Positions 47,865 to 58,080 of a stretch of 64,000 bases of DNA are shown here, piece by piece (position 1 is the first letter of the stretch; every line of letters starts with the position of its first letter). Source of the stretch: an uncultured Gemmatimonadota bacterium (GTDB taxonomy: Bacteria > SM23-81 > DAOVCL01); the NCBI GenBank assembly GCA_964626665.1, contig CAZVGK010000006.1, forward strand, positions 51,393 to 115,392, in the 5' to 3' direction. The notes under the pieces were generated by a model. It worked only from the letters and a program-made list of their open reading frames with translations, made no database searches and was not told the DNA's origin. A program made the position numbers and the translations under genes.

Positions 47865-49367
47865 TCAATCCTGTCTAAAAAATGTAAAGGATTCGTTCTG
47901 CCCTTTCAGCCACTGGAAGACAGCCCAGGTGGCATCAAGATCCTCCTCGTTGTATTTGAGGACTTGAGCCATAATGTCCTCCCTTAGGGAGCGATCATCA
48001 GTTTCTATGGCCTGAAAGTATTTGGCCATGGACCAATCTCCCCCATATTCATCCTGGGTTCGCTTGAAGCCAGCAAGCCTTTCCACTATTTTAAGGCTAT
48101 AGCTTGGCTCGGCAATAACCATCGCCTTTTTAGTGAGAGGAAGCAGATCCACAAGGTTATGCAAGACCCTCTCGGCGATGCCCTGAGGGTCCCCGTATCT
48201 TTTCCTATACAACTTAACCTTTGTCCTCTCGTAGGAAGCCCAGTGGATGAAGGGGATGCCACCGTATTCAGCGAATATCCCCTGGCAGTTGGAGAGGAAA
48301 TCCTGCCAACCATTGAGGTCACCATCCCTTTCTATGGGGGAGAGGGAAGGTTGGTAGGGGCCAGGATTTTCTCCATAAACCTTAACCCCCCAGAGATAGA
48401 CCTTTTCAAGCTCGTCTAAGTAAGGGGGGAACCCCTCCAGGTCAAAGACTACCAAGTTGGGGGATGTGGGCAGGTAAACCCTCTCCAGAGGGATGCTTCT
48501 CTCATCCCTCATTGCCTTTGCCTGAAGTAGGATGCGAGAGGCATCTCTTCCCACCCTCCTTGATAATCTTCCCCAGGGGCGAGTAATTTCGCTTAGGGAA
48601 GACTCGGTATAATTGTCAACCAACTGACCGATAGTTGATACGCCATTCTCCCGCAGGGCAATTACTAAGCCCTGATCCACCCCATAGACCTGGGCCAAAT
48701 CGTTAGTGGCTTGAGCCTCACTCCAGCATAGCTCCCGGAAACCACAACCCTGGCACTTGGACCAGCCTACAGGGGAGTAAGGAGCCTTGGGCAAGGAGAC
48801 CGTAGAGAGGATCTCCGTTAGCGATTTTATGGCCGACCTGCTATCATAGGGGAAATCAACTATTGAGCCATCTCCTAAGAATGCCTCGATTCTAAAGGGC
48901 TTTCCCCCAAAACTTTTTTCGAAGAGATAACCATATACCTGCATCTGCGCCCTGATCTCCGGATGGATCCGTTCGGTAGCATGCCTGGCAAGTTTACAAT
49001 CCCTGATCACATAAGACGAGCCTTCAGGGATGAGAATGTCCGGTATTCCCAGAACCTGGACTTGAGAACCATCTAAGTTGACATCTACAAGGAGAACCCC
49101 CTGATAGATAATGGGTATCCCCTTATTAAGCTGTTCGATCGTTCTTGATGCTCTCTCCTGCAGGCTCCCTGAGGATAGATCAACAAACCTGCCTAAGAAA
49201 TTTATATGGTCTTGCTCGTGCCGCTTGCCAAGTTCAAAGATGACCTGCTCAAAAGGGCCGGGAGGGATTTCCTCCCGATTATTAAAACGGTAAAACAACC
49301 TCCTTCGGCAATATTTGGGAGAATAGAGGTCGTAGATGTTTTCTGCGGTAAGTTTGATACTTTTCAC
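47865..49367 (-). CDS. TM0106-family RecB-like nuclease with an RNase H-like C-terminal domain
   Basis: GIPDIL..DCKLA..Q..Y, C..C.FRELC, FDLEG, HWASYE, SYSLK, YNEEDL. Confidence 0.9.
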   Translation of the reverse strand: MKSIKLTAENIYDLYSPKYCRRRLFYRFNNREEIPPGPFEQVIFELGKRHEQDHINFLGRFVDLSSGSLQERASRTIEQLNKGIPIIYQGVLLVDVNLDGSQVQVLGIPDILIPEGSSYVIRDCKLARHATERIHPEIRAQMQVYGYLFEKSFGGKPFRIEAFLGDGSIVDFPYDSRSAIKSLTEILSTVSLPKAPYSPVGWSKCQGCGFRELCWSEAQATNDLAQVYGVDQGLVIALRENGVSTIGQLVDNYTESSLSEITRPWGRLSRRVGRDASRILLQAKAMRDERSIPLERVYLPTSPNLVVFDLEGFPPYLDELEKVYLWGVKVYGENPGPYQPSLSPIERDGDLNGWQDFLSNCQGIFAEYGGIPFIHWASYERTKVKLYRKRYGDPQGIAERVLHNLVDLLPLTKKAMVIAEPSYSLKIVERLAGFKRTQDEYGGDWSMAKYFQAIETDDRSLREDIMAQVLKYNEEDLDATWAVFQWLKGQNESFTFFRQD

Positions 49368-49630
49368 TCTAAGGCATGCGCTTTTCTTCTGTCAGCACAG
49401 GAATTAAGGGATTTTCGTTTTGGACAGGATTGACAGGATGATGAGGATAAGTGAACCTCCCTACTCACAGGACGAAGCATCCAAAACAGTTTCTTCCCCC
49501 CTCACCCTAACCCTCTCCCCCAAGGGGAGAGGGAACTATGTGAATGTCATTTATCCCTGTTCACAGAACGGGGTATCTGATATGTATTCATAAAATCCCG
49601 TAAATCCTGATGTCCTGTCGGAAAACTCCC

Positions 49631-50365
49631 CTACTCCCACTTGAAATATCTCGCTGAGATGGCAAAACATACCACTAACCAAACAATAAGAAATAAAAGG
49701 TCAGAACCGAAAGAGCTAAAACCTTTAGCCTCAATGGAGACCTTTCGCAAGGCTTGACCTAAAAATGTTGCTGGGAGAATTCTGGAAAGGGGCCGGAGAA
49801 ATTTGGGAAGCATATTTATGGGCCAAAAGCAAGGGGAGAGGAACATCATCACAAAAAAGACAATCATAGAGATGGGTTGAGCGCTCTCTTCCTTACGCAC
49901 TAAGCTGGCAATGAGAAAGCCAATCCCCAATAGGCTGAACATCCCTACCGTCAATATCAACCAGAAGAAGAACCAACTTCCACTGACCCTTGCCTGGAAG
50001 AATAAGATGGCCACCAGCATGAGGAGGGCTGTCTGGATAAGCACAACCAGATAGCGGGTAAGGGCCAAACTGCCGATGAGCGTGGATCGTCTGAGGGGGG
50101 TTAAGGCCAGCCGACGGAAGATTCCCTTCTCCCGGTCAGAGACTACAGAGATGGCCGTGGACTGGATGCAGGTGGTCATCAGGGCCATAACGATCATCCC
50201 AGGAAGGAGGAAGTCGATATAGCGGGTCCCCCCTGTATCAGAGCCAAAGATGGAGCCAAAGAGAGTCATAAAAAAGAGGGGGAAGGCAAAGTTCCAAAAG
50301 AGCGCCCCCTTTTGGCGTAAGAAGAGCTTGGTCTCCATCTTAGTCTGTTTCCAAAATACGCTCAT
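49631..50365 (-). CDS. ABC-2 type transporter permease
   Basis: About 6 TM helices; REKGIFRRLALTP. Confidence 0.9.
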   Translation of the reverse strand: MSVFWKQTKMETKLFLRQKGALFWNFAFPLFFMTLFGSIFGSDTGGTRYIDFLLPGMIVMALMTTCIQSTAISVVSDREKGIFRRLALTPLRRSTLIGSLALTRYLVVLIQTALLMLVAILFFQARVSGSWFFFWLILTVGMFSLLGIGFLIASLVRKEESAQPISMIVFFVMMFLSPCFWPINMLPKFLRPLSRILPATFLGQALRKVSIEAKGFSSFGSDLLFLIVWLVVCFAISARYFKWE

Positions 50366-50369
50366 ATGT

Positions 50370-51287
50370 TCAGTCCCTCAGCCTTCTTCCGGTCAGTTCC
50401 AAAAATACATCCTCCAGCGTGGCTCGACGAACAGAGATGTTTTCAAATCTCAATTTCCCCTGATCATAAAGCCGAGTAAGTGCCAACAAAACCTTATGGG
50501 GACTCTTTGTAAACAGGAGAAAACAATTCTTGTCCTGGGTGACCAGGTTGACCTCAGGAAGGGATTCCAGGAAGGATTTTTCCATTTCATCAGGGAAACT
50601 CAACTCCACTGCCGCATTCAAGTCTTGTCGTTCGATCAGCTCCCGGGGAGTCCCCAGGGCGATGAGCCTGCCCTGGTCGATGATTCCCACCCGATCGCAG
50701 AGCCGCTCTGCCTCCTCCATATAATGGGTGGTGAGCAGCACCGTCTTCCCCTTACCCCTGGTGCTCTCTATCACCCCCCAGAGGTTGCGCCGTGCCTGGG
50801 GATCAAGGCCGGTAGTGGGCTCATCTAAGAAGAGGATCTGGGGGTCATTCACCAAGGCCAAGCCTAAGGCTAACCGTTGCCTCTGACCTCCGGAGAGGTT
50901 CTGCACAAAAGATCTCTCCTTCTCTTTGAGGGAAACGATCTCCAGAATATCAGAAGTGGGCAGTTGGTGGGGGTAGTAACTGCCGAAGAGGTCTATGACC
51001 TCCTTTACCCGAATTCTTTCATAGAGGGTGGTTTGCTGAAGCTGAACGCCGATGATCTCCCGAATCCTGCCCAGGCCATCCTGTGGATTGATCCCCAGTA
51101 CCCTTATCTCTCCCCCATTAGGTGAGCGCAGCCCTTCGATCAGTTCCACTGTAGTTGTCTTGCCCGCACCATTGGGGCCAAGAAGGCCAAAGATCTCCCC
51201 GTTCTTGATCTGGAAGCTCACCCCATCCACAGCAGCCACTTCCCCATATCGTTTTCTCAGGTTTAGGACTGAGACAGCATCATCCAA
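50370..51287 (-). CDS. ABC transporter ATP-binding protein
   Basis: GPNGAGKTT, LSGGQRQR, LDEPT, TTHYMEEA. Confidence 0.95.
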   Translation of the reverse strand: MDDAVSVLNLRKRYGEVAAVDGVSFQIKNGEIFGLLGPNGAGKTTTVELIEGLRSPNGGEIRVLGINPQDGLGRIREIIGVQLQQTTLYERIRVKEVIDLFGSYYPHQLPTSDILEIVSLKEKERSFVQNLSGGQRQRLALGLALVNDPQILFLDEPTTGLDPQARRNLWGVIESTRGKGKTVLLTTHYMEEAERLCDRVGIIDQGRLIALGTPRELIERQDLNAAVELSFPDEMEKSFLESLPEVNLVTQDKNCFLLFTKSPHKVLLALTRLYDQGKLRFENISVRRATLEDVFLELTGRRLRD

Positions 51288-51844
51288 TTAATTTAACTCC
51301 CTTCGGAAGGGCTTTTTTGACAGGATAACAGGATTTACCGGATTTTTATTTATCCCCGCTATTATTGTAAGAGCTGTCAGCCCCGTTCCGACGGGATTCC
51401 TGGTGGAAGAGATAACTCCTAACAGCACCCTTTTGATCGACATCAGGAGATGTCTCCCACCCACTAACTCGCTTAGATGTAACATTAGTGGACGGGTTTT
51501 ATTTATCCTGATCATCCTGTCAATCCCGTCTAAAAAAGGAATTTCCTATACTTTAAATTTAGTTTGACTTAGGGCGGGAACCAGTTTATATTCGTTTCGA
51601 TGCTTTCGAGAGTCGCCCTTGATTATGAATAGAGCCAACAGCTTGGCATAGTATAATCCTTGATCTCATCCTGGTCAAGCCAAAAGTGAGGTGGCTGCTG
51701 ATGAAGGCTGGCAATCTCCACAATAAGGAGGTATAGTATGGTGTGAAAAAGCTGATTATAGGGGGATTTATGAAGAGCGGACTGTGTTGAGGGGGATATG
51801 AACGAGCTAAAGAGATTGGCCACTCAAGAAAAACGGAGGGAAAA

Positions 51845-53785
51845 ATGAGAGCTTCAAGATCGATAGCTGCTTTGGCCGTGATTCTGATCGGAGCCGCGAT
51901 AGCGATTTTCTTGGCTTCATGTGCTACCCAGGAGCCTGAACTTATTCCCAGGGAGGTGCTCTTTGGAAATCCGGTGAAAACTGCCCCCAAGATCTCGCCG
52001 GATGGAAAGCTGATGGCTTACCTGGCCCCAGTAAACAATGTGTTGAATGTCTGGGTGAAGACTATCGGCGCTGAGGATGACAGGGCGGTTACCAAGGACG
52101 ACAATCGCGGGATACGACGTTACTTCTGGGCACAAGACAGCAGACACATAATGTATCTTCAAGATGTTGGCGGTAACGAGAACTGGAGGTTGTATGCTGT
52201 AAATCTGGAAACGGACGAAATCAGGGATTTGACTCCATTTGAGGAGGTGCAGGTTCAGGTCGTTGACCATAACAAACATTTCCCCAATGAAATGCTCATT
52301 GCAATGAACAAGGAAAATCCCCGGGTTCACGATGTCTATCACCTCGATTTAACCTCCGGTGAACTCGAACTGGTCGCCAAGAACCCTGGCAATGTCCTGG
52401 GTTGGGTAACTGATGCGGGTTTCAAAGTGCGCGGTGCTTTGGCTTCCACACCTGAGGGCGGGTTCGACCTGATGCTCCGGGAAAATGAGGAGGCAAGCTG
52501 GGATAAATTCATCACCTGGGATTCGGAAAACACTTTGACCAGTGGCCCAGTTTGTTTTTCTAAAGATGGGAAATATCTCGTTTTGCTCGATTCCCGTGAT
52601 GCGAATACAGGACGTTTAGTTAAGATGGAAATCGCCACCAAGGAGATCGAAGTTATCGCCGAAGACCCACAATATGATATCAGCGATGCCATGATCCATC
52701 CGGATACGTATGAAGTCCAGGCTGTCTCTTTCACCAAAGCAAGGAAGGAATGGGTCGTTCTGGATGAATCAATAAAAGGCGATTTCAAAGCAATTGCCAA
52801 ACTCGATCATGGGGATTTCTTTATTTACAACCGGGATAACGCAGATGACACCTGGCTGGTGGGTTTCACCAAGGATAACGGGCCAGTCCCTTTTTATGCT
52901 TTTGACCGGAAGAGGCAAAAAGGCACTTTCCTGTTTGCCAATCGCCCCGAGTTGAAAAACTATGCCTTGGCACCTATGGAACCGGTATCCTTTACTTCCC
53001 GAGACGGATTAACTATTCATGGCTATATCACCTATCCGGTGGGAAAAGGGAGAAGAAATTTGCCGATGGTACTAAATGTCCATGGAGGTCCTTACTACCG
53101 TGATAGCTGGGGATATAATCCCGAGGCTCAGTGGTTTGCCAACCGTGGCTACGTGTGCCTGCAGGTGAATTTCCGTGGTTCAACTGGATATGGCAAAAAT
53201 TTCATAAACGCCGGAGATAAGGAGTGGGGCGGAAAAATGCATAATGATCTTGTGGACGCAGTTAACTGGGCGATTGAACAGGGTATCGCCGATCCCAAGA
53301 GAGTTGCCATATACGGTGGGTCTTATGGTGGATATGCCGCTTTGGTTGGGGCCACTTTTACGCCTGATCTCTTTTGCTGCGCAGTGGATATTGTTGGTCC
53401 CAGTAATCTCATAACCTGGATTACAACGCTTCCTCCTTATTGGTCCGCCATGCTGGCTCTTTTATATAAGAGAATCGGTAACCCGGACACTGAGGAGGAA
53501 TTCCTGAATTCCCGTTCCCCGCTCTTTAAGGTCGACCAGATAAAGATCCCCATGTTGATTGCCCAGGGTGCCAATGATCCGCGCGTGCCACAAGCAGAAT
53601 CCGAACAGATTGTGGAGGCGCTGAAAGAGAAAGGAATCGAATACGAATATATGCTCTTTCCGGATGAGGGCCACGGATTTGCTAAGCCGGGGAATAGGCT
53701 TAAGTTCTATGCTGCTGCAGAAAAATTCCTCGCTAAGTATCTGGGTGGCCGCTATGAGGAATCTGCTGCGGACTCCCTGCGGTAG
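51845..53785 (+). CDS. S9 family (prolyl oligopeptidase / dipeptidyl peptidase-like) lipoprotein
   Basis: Lipobox LASC; HGGP, GGSYGG, GANDPRV, DEGHG catalytic motifs. Confidence 0.93.
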   Translation: MRASRSIAALAVILIGAAIAIFLASCATQEPELIPREVLFGNPVKTAPKISPDGKLMAYLAPVNNVLNVWVKTIGAEDDRAVTKDDNRGIRRYFWAQDSRHIMYLQDVGGNENWRLYAVNLETDEIRDLTPFEEVQVQVVDHNKHFPNEMLIAMNKENPRVHDVYHLDLTSGELELVAKNPGNVLGWVTDAGFKVRGALASTPEGGFDLMLRENEEASWDKFITWDSENTLTSGPVCFSKDGKYLVLLDSRDANTGRLVKMEIATKEIEVIAEDPQYDISDAMIHPDTYEVQAVSFTKARKEWVVLDESIKGDFKAIAKLDHGDFFIYNRDNADDTWLVGFTKDNGPVPFYAFDRKRQKGTFLFANRPELKNYALAPMEPVSFTSRDGLTIHGYITYPVGKGRRNLPMVLNVHGGPYYRDSWGYNPEAQWFANRGYVCLQVNFRGSTGYGKNFINAGDKEWGGKMHNDLVDAVNWAIEQGIADPKRVAIYGGSYGGYAALVGATFTPDLFCCAVDIVGPSNLITWITTLPPYWSAMLALLYKRIGNPDTEEEFLNSRSPLFKVDQIKIPMLIAQGANDPRVPQAESEQIVEALKEKGIEYEYMLFPDEGHGFAKPGNRLKFYAAAEKFLAKYLGGRYEESAADSLR

Positions 53786-54237
53786 ATTTCATTGGGGGAG
53801 GGAGATCAGATGAGGGTTGAGTGCCCTCCAAGGATGTCTCTGGTTAAGGTATTATGATGTGCAATGGAAGGGAGTGTGTGATCAATGCTTACCGTGGAGA
53901 ATACTGCTTATGCCAAGGGAATTCTCCAAACAATGAAGTAGCGGTTGAATCTGAGAAGGTCAAGTCTGGTTCTGCCATAGATAGCCGAGCTATCAGTTGT
54001 CAGCGGTCAGCTGATTGTCAATTTAAACCCTGAGCCGTCAGAATCCCAATTCTGACGGCTCAGGGAGAGGGTGGCAGAATTGGGGTTCTACCACCTCAGG
54101 AATTCTACCGCACTTTAGTGCGGGTTTAGGGCCTTCAGGCCCCCTGCGACTTTGCGGTGAATTGTTTGGTTGCGGCTTCGCCGCGTTGTGTTAACCTGTG
54201 TCCCACAAAATCCCCCGCAGGGTGCTGAGCTGATATT

Positions 54238-55323
54238 ATGAAAAGAAAACCGATAAAATTGGGGAAGATGGAGGCCCACCTCCTCTGGTTTGACTCCCTG
54301 GGGGCAAAGTCCTCATCCTTCCTTGTAGAAACCCCAGACCTGAGGCTATTAGTAGACCCCGGGGTGGCAGTAATGCAGCCAACTTACCCCTTACCAGATG
54401 AAGAGAAGGAGAAACTGGCCGAGGAGGCCTTTCAGAGGATAGAGGAAGCGGCAGCCAGGGCCGGGCTCGTCTTCATCTCCCATTACCATTATGATCATCA
54501 TACCCTGCCCTCCGGGGCAAAGGGGTTGTATGAAGGTAAAAGGCTGTGGGTGAAGGACCCAAACCAGTGGATAAATGGTTCCCAATGGAAAAGATCGAGG
54601 CTCTTCTTAGAGGAGCTTTACCTGCTATTCCGGGAGGGAAACCCAGAGGATCTGCTTGGCCCTCCGCAGCAGATGGAATATCCTGATCCCTTGGTCGCTC
54701 TCCCCTTGGTTAAGGGCAAAAAATGGGGCGACTACCAGCAGAGAAAAGAGGAACTTTTGGAGAAGGGGAGGAAATGGTTCAAAAATCAGAGCAAAAAGTG
54801 GAGGGAAAGCCTCTGGGTTAAGGAGTTTGCGACAGGAGGGACAGAGGTAAGATTTGCCGATGGGCAGTCCTTTACCAAGGGCCGAACCAGGGTAAAGTTC
54901 ACCCCTCCCCTCTTCCATGGGATCGAGTTCGCCCGGTTGGGATGGATTGTAGGCCTGGTGGTAGAATATGATGGGCACAAACTGCTTTATACCTCAGACC
55001 TGCAAGGTCCGCAAGTTGAGGACTATGCCCAATGGATAATTGAGGAGAACCCGGAACTCCTCATCGTAGATGGTCCCACCACCTATCTTTTGGGCTATAT
55101 GCTCAATCAGATCAACTTGAGAAGGGCAATTGACAATATGTGCAGGATCATCAGGGAATCATCGACCAAACTGATCATCTACGATCACCACAATCTCAGG
55201 GAGGCCAGATACAGGGAGCGGCTAAAAGATGTCTACCGCACAGCAGAAAGCCAGGGGAAAAGCCTCCTCACTGCTGCCGAGTGGTTTGGCCAGAAGCCCC
55301 TTATTTTGAGAATTAAAAAATAG
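54238..55323 (+). CDS. MBL-fold metallohydrolase, UPF0282-like
   Basis: FDSLGAKS, VDPG, SHYHYDH, HG, SDLQGP, DHH motifs. Confidence 0.8.
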   Translation: MKRKPIKLGKMEAHLLWFDSLGAKSSSFLVETPDLRLLVDPGVAVMQPTYPLPDEEKEKLAEEAFQRIEEAAARAGLVFISHYHYDHHTLPSGAKGLYEGKRLWVKDPNQWINGSQWKRSRLFLEELYLLFREGNPEDLLGPPQQMEYPDPLVALPLVKGKKWGDYQQRKEELLEKGRKWFKNQSKKWRESLWVKEFATGGTEVRFADGQSFTKGRTRVKFTPPLFHGIEFARLGWIVGLVVEYDGHKLLYTSDLQGPQVEDYAQWIIEENPELLIVDGPTTYLLGYMLNQINLRRAIDNMCRIIRESSTKLIIYDHHNLREARYRERLKDVYRTAESQGKSLLTAAEWFGQKPLILRIKK

Positions 55324-55650
55324 GGACACTTCCTATTTTTTGGTTTCCCATCCCGGCTGCCAGGAAGGAAAAAAAGCTCCTGATGGAAACAGGGGGCGGT
55401 GGTGCAGAGAGTGCCAAGCACTTTCGGCTTGCCGCCCTCCATCTCCCTAATTTCTATTTTTCAGCCTGACCCCATTTACTTTCCTCGGCTGAAACTGGGT
55501 AGAACGAGATTGCTTCGTCGCTACGCTCCTCGCAATGACGATTTCCTTGTCTGTCATTGCGAGGCTTGCCCTGAGCGGCAGTGAAGTGGCAAGCCGAAGC
55601 AATCTCTAACTTCTACTGCACTTTAGTGCAGGGTAGAACCTGCGGCTTGC

Positions 55651-58080
55651 TTACTCGATCTCGGGCAGATAGGGCATAAGGTAAAGGACCTCTCCATTTC
55701 TGAAGTGTTCCTTCATCCTCCAGACCTGGGACAGAGGGAGATTATCTTTCAGGCCATCCATATAGATGAGATCTTTCAGGCCGGTGAAATAGCCATAGCG
55801 AGGATAGGTAATGATCCTCACCGCCTGTTTTTTGCTCAGCCCTGCCTTGGCCTTGGCAATATCAATGGCTCGCTCCAGCCCACCCAGCTCATCTACCAGT
55901 CCATTTATCCTGGCCTGGCGGCCGGTCCAGACCCTGCCTCGGCCAATTCTATCCACATCCTCATAGCTCATCCCCCTCCCTTGGGCTACCTTGTTGACGA
56001 AGTCGTCGTAACCCTCCTTAAGCATTCCCTTGACCTTCTTCCTCTCCTCCGCGGTGAAACCACGATAGTCGGTGTAGATGTTCGCATTCTTCCCTCTGGT
56101 GGTGGTCTCCTTTCTTAACCCGATCTTGTCATAGAATCCCCTCATATCGAACTTGCCCGATATAGCCCCTATGGATCCGGTGATCGTTCCTGGCTCGGCC
56201 ACAATGGTATCGGCGGCACAGGCGATATAATATCCACCGGAACCGGCTACATCTGACATAGAGACGATAAAGGGTTTCTCCTTGCGGGCCAGGGTCACCT
56301 CCCTCCAGATGACATCGGAGGCCAGGCCAGAACCACCCCCCGAGTCTATCCTGAAAACTATCCCTTTGATGGACTTGTCCTTTCTCGCTTTTCTGATTGC
56401 CCGGGCGATTGTCTCCGATCCCATATATTTCCCACCAATCAGGGGAATAGGAAAAGGGTTGTATCCGCTCTCCCCAGACCAGATAGTGCCGCAGGCATAG
56501 ATGATGGCTATTTTGGGAGGGACAGTCCATTTATACCTTCGCTCTCTCCTCTGGGCAAATCTCTTTCCCTTTAACTTGCCGATTTTTCTACCGGCCAATT
56601 TTTTGGCTATATCCTCTATTTGATCCCAATAGGCCAGGGTGTCCACCAGCTCTGCCTTTAGGGCTCCCGCGGCCATATAGGGTCCCTGGTCTATCTTTTC
56701 CTTTACTTCCTTAGCCTTCATCCCCCTTTCCTGACCAATGGCCTCAGTGAACTGGTCATAATAGTCATCTAAGATGGAGTTGACCACCTCGCGATGGGCC
56801 ACAGACATAGAATCCCTGGTCAGAAGGTCAGAGGCAGATTTATATTTCCCAATGTGTTCAAGATCGGCCCTTATCCCCAACTTCTCCAGAGTGCCCTTTA
56901 AGAAGGGAACCTCCGATTTCAGGCCAGTAAGGGAGAGGTCACCTGATGGATAGAGCACAATCTTATCCGCAGCAGTAGCCAAGTAATAATCGAGATTTCC
57001 GCCTGTTTCCATATAACAGATTACTTTTTTGCCAGCAGACCTGAAGTCGAGAAGCTTAGCCCGGATCTCCTGGACCTTCCCCCAACCAGCAGAGAGGGAA
57101 CCAACCCTGAGTATAATGCCGTCAACGGATTTGTCCGTTTTGGCCCTTTCAATCAGATCGAGGACAGCCTTGGTGGTAAGGCCTCCGTGGCCAAATATTC
57201 CGCCTGGTTTTTCGTCGACGATATTTCCAGCCAGCTTTAGTTCCACGAATTGGTGTTTCTTATGCAGAAATGTCCGATACCTCTCGGACGAAAACCGCAG
57301 ATAAGTGGCTCCCCCTTGATAGTCAGAGTTTTTGTCATAAAGCCTGATTAGGCCACCACCTAAAGTTGTCAGGTTGAGCTGAACCCCAAACCCTAAATTC
57401 CCGTCTCCGTCTCTACTCCCCTTGAGGAACAACCCATCAATGGGCTCCAGCTCCAGGCCATAGATGGGCACCATGTCCTTGATGCTCTCCCTTTCGCTCA
57501 TCCTCCCATCTACAGAGAGGGTTACCCTATTGGTGAAAGGTCTAAAGGCCAATCCGAAGTCAAACTCCCGGTGGCGGATCCTCTCCCAGTTTCTGGGTCT
57601 ATTGAGGTTACGCCCCACCCAGCCGAGGGAGAGGAGGTTGTTGGGGCGATAGGCCAACCCGAGGTTTAGGGCGGAATAGTCATCGAAGAGGTATGACCTC
57701 GACCTCTTCCAGGTGTAACTCAACCCAGTGTAAAAATGATCCCCTGATTTTCCGCTTAAGGAGAGAGTGTAGCTGCGATAATCTATCCCCTGCGGGGTCT
57801 TCAGCCATTGGGCGGCAAAGCCCAATCCTCCTGTTGAGAGGAAGAGGGAATTGCCTTCCTGGTAGGAGGAGTCGGAGAATTGATGATAGAAGAGGCCGGA
57901 AAATCCTTGGCTCGTCGCCATAAGAGCAGGGTTTAAAACCACATCCCTACTATCTTCACAGTAAGCCACCGAGGCTAAGCCATAGAGATCCCTCAAAGCC
58001 AAATGAGAGAGACCGGCCTGGGTCTGAACCGAGAAGAGAAGAAGACCCAAAGCCAAGAGAAAAGAACCAAACCTTCGCAT
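55651..58080 (-). CDS. sppA: Signal peptide peptidase SppA (tandem S49 domains) with an N-terminal beta-rich domain
   Basis: YYLATAAD, GKYKSA, RIDSGGGS, AGSGGYYIA, TITGSIG, GRVWTG, GLVDELGG. Confidence 0.92.
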   Translation of the reverse strand: MRRFGSFLLALGLLLFSVQTQAGLSHLALRDLYGLASVAYCEDSRDVVLNPALMATSQGFSGLFYHQFSDSSYQEGNSLFLSTGGLGFAAQWLKTPQGIDYRSYTLSLSGKSGDHFYTGLSYTWKRSRSYLFDDYSALNLGLAYRPNNLLSLGWVGRNLNRPRNWERIRHREFDFGLAFRPFTNRVTLSVDGRMSERESIKDMVPIYGLELEPIDGLFLKGSRDGDGNLGFGVQLNLTTLGGGLIRLYDKNSDYQGGATYLRFSSERYRTFLHKKHQFVELKLAGNIVDEKPGGIFGHGGLTTKAVLDLIERAKTDKSVDGIILRVGSLSAGWGKVQEIRAKLLDFRSAGKKVICYMETGGNLDYYLATAADKIVLYPSGDLSLTGLKSEVPFLKGTLEKLGIRADLEHIGKYKSASDLLTRDSMSVAHREVVNSILDDYYDQFTEAIGQERGMKAKEVKEKIDQGPYMAAGALKAELVDTLAYWDQIEDIAKKLAGRKIGKLKGKRFAQRRERRYKWTVPPKIAIIYACGTIWSGESGYNPFPIPLIGGKYMGSETIARAIRKARKDKSIKGIVFRIDSGGGSGLASDVIWREVTLARKEKPFIVSMSDVAGSGGYYIACAADTIVAEPGTITGSIGAISGKFDMRGFYDKIGLRKETTTRGKNANIYTDYRGFTAEERKKVKGMLKEGYDDFVNKVAQGRGMSYEDVDRIGRGRVWTGRQARINGLVDELGGLERAIDIAKAKAGLSKKQAVRIITYPRYGYFTGLKDLIYMDGLKDNLPLSQVWRMKEHFRNGEVLYLMPYLPEIE

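Larger units (their letters stand above)
44311..49619. repeat. About 200-220 bp composite element in inverted copies (44311-44530 and 49423-49619); partial third copy at 17584-17745
   Basis: Shared GACAGGAT-repeat ends and core GTGAACCTCCCTACTCACAGGACGAAGCATCCAAAACAG...GAGAGGGAACTAT. Confidence 0.8.
12245..51432. repeat. Dispersed palindrome family AAAAGTGTGCTGTCAGGAG-TTAC-CTCCTGACAGC
   Basis: Copies at 12245 and 37501 (+), 42008 and 47816 (-), and an interrupted copy at 51371. Confidence 0.88.
12140..55607. repeat. Dispersed GTCATTGCGAG...GAAGCAATCT repeat family
   Basis: Copies near 12140, 16132, 17501, 55507 (-) and 55553; related GTCATTCC...GGAATGAC hairpin at 33378-33455. Confidence 0.8.
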
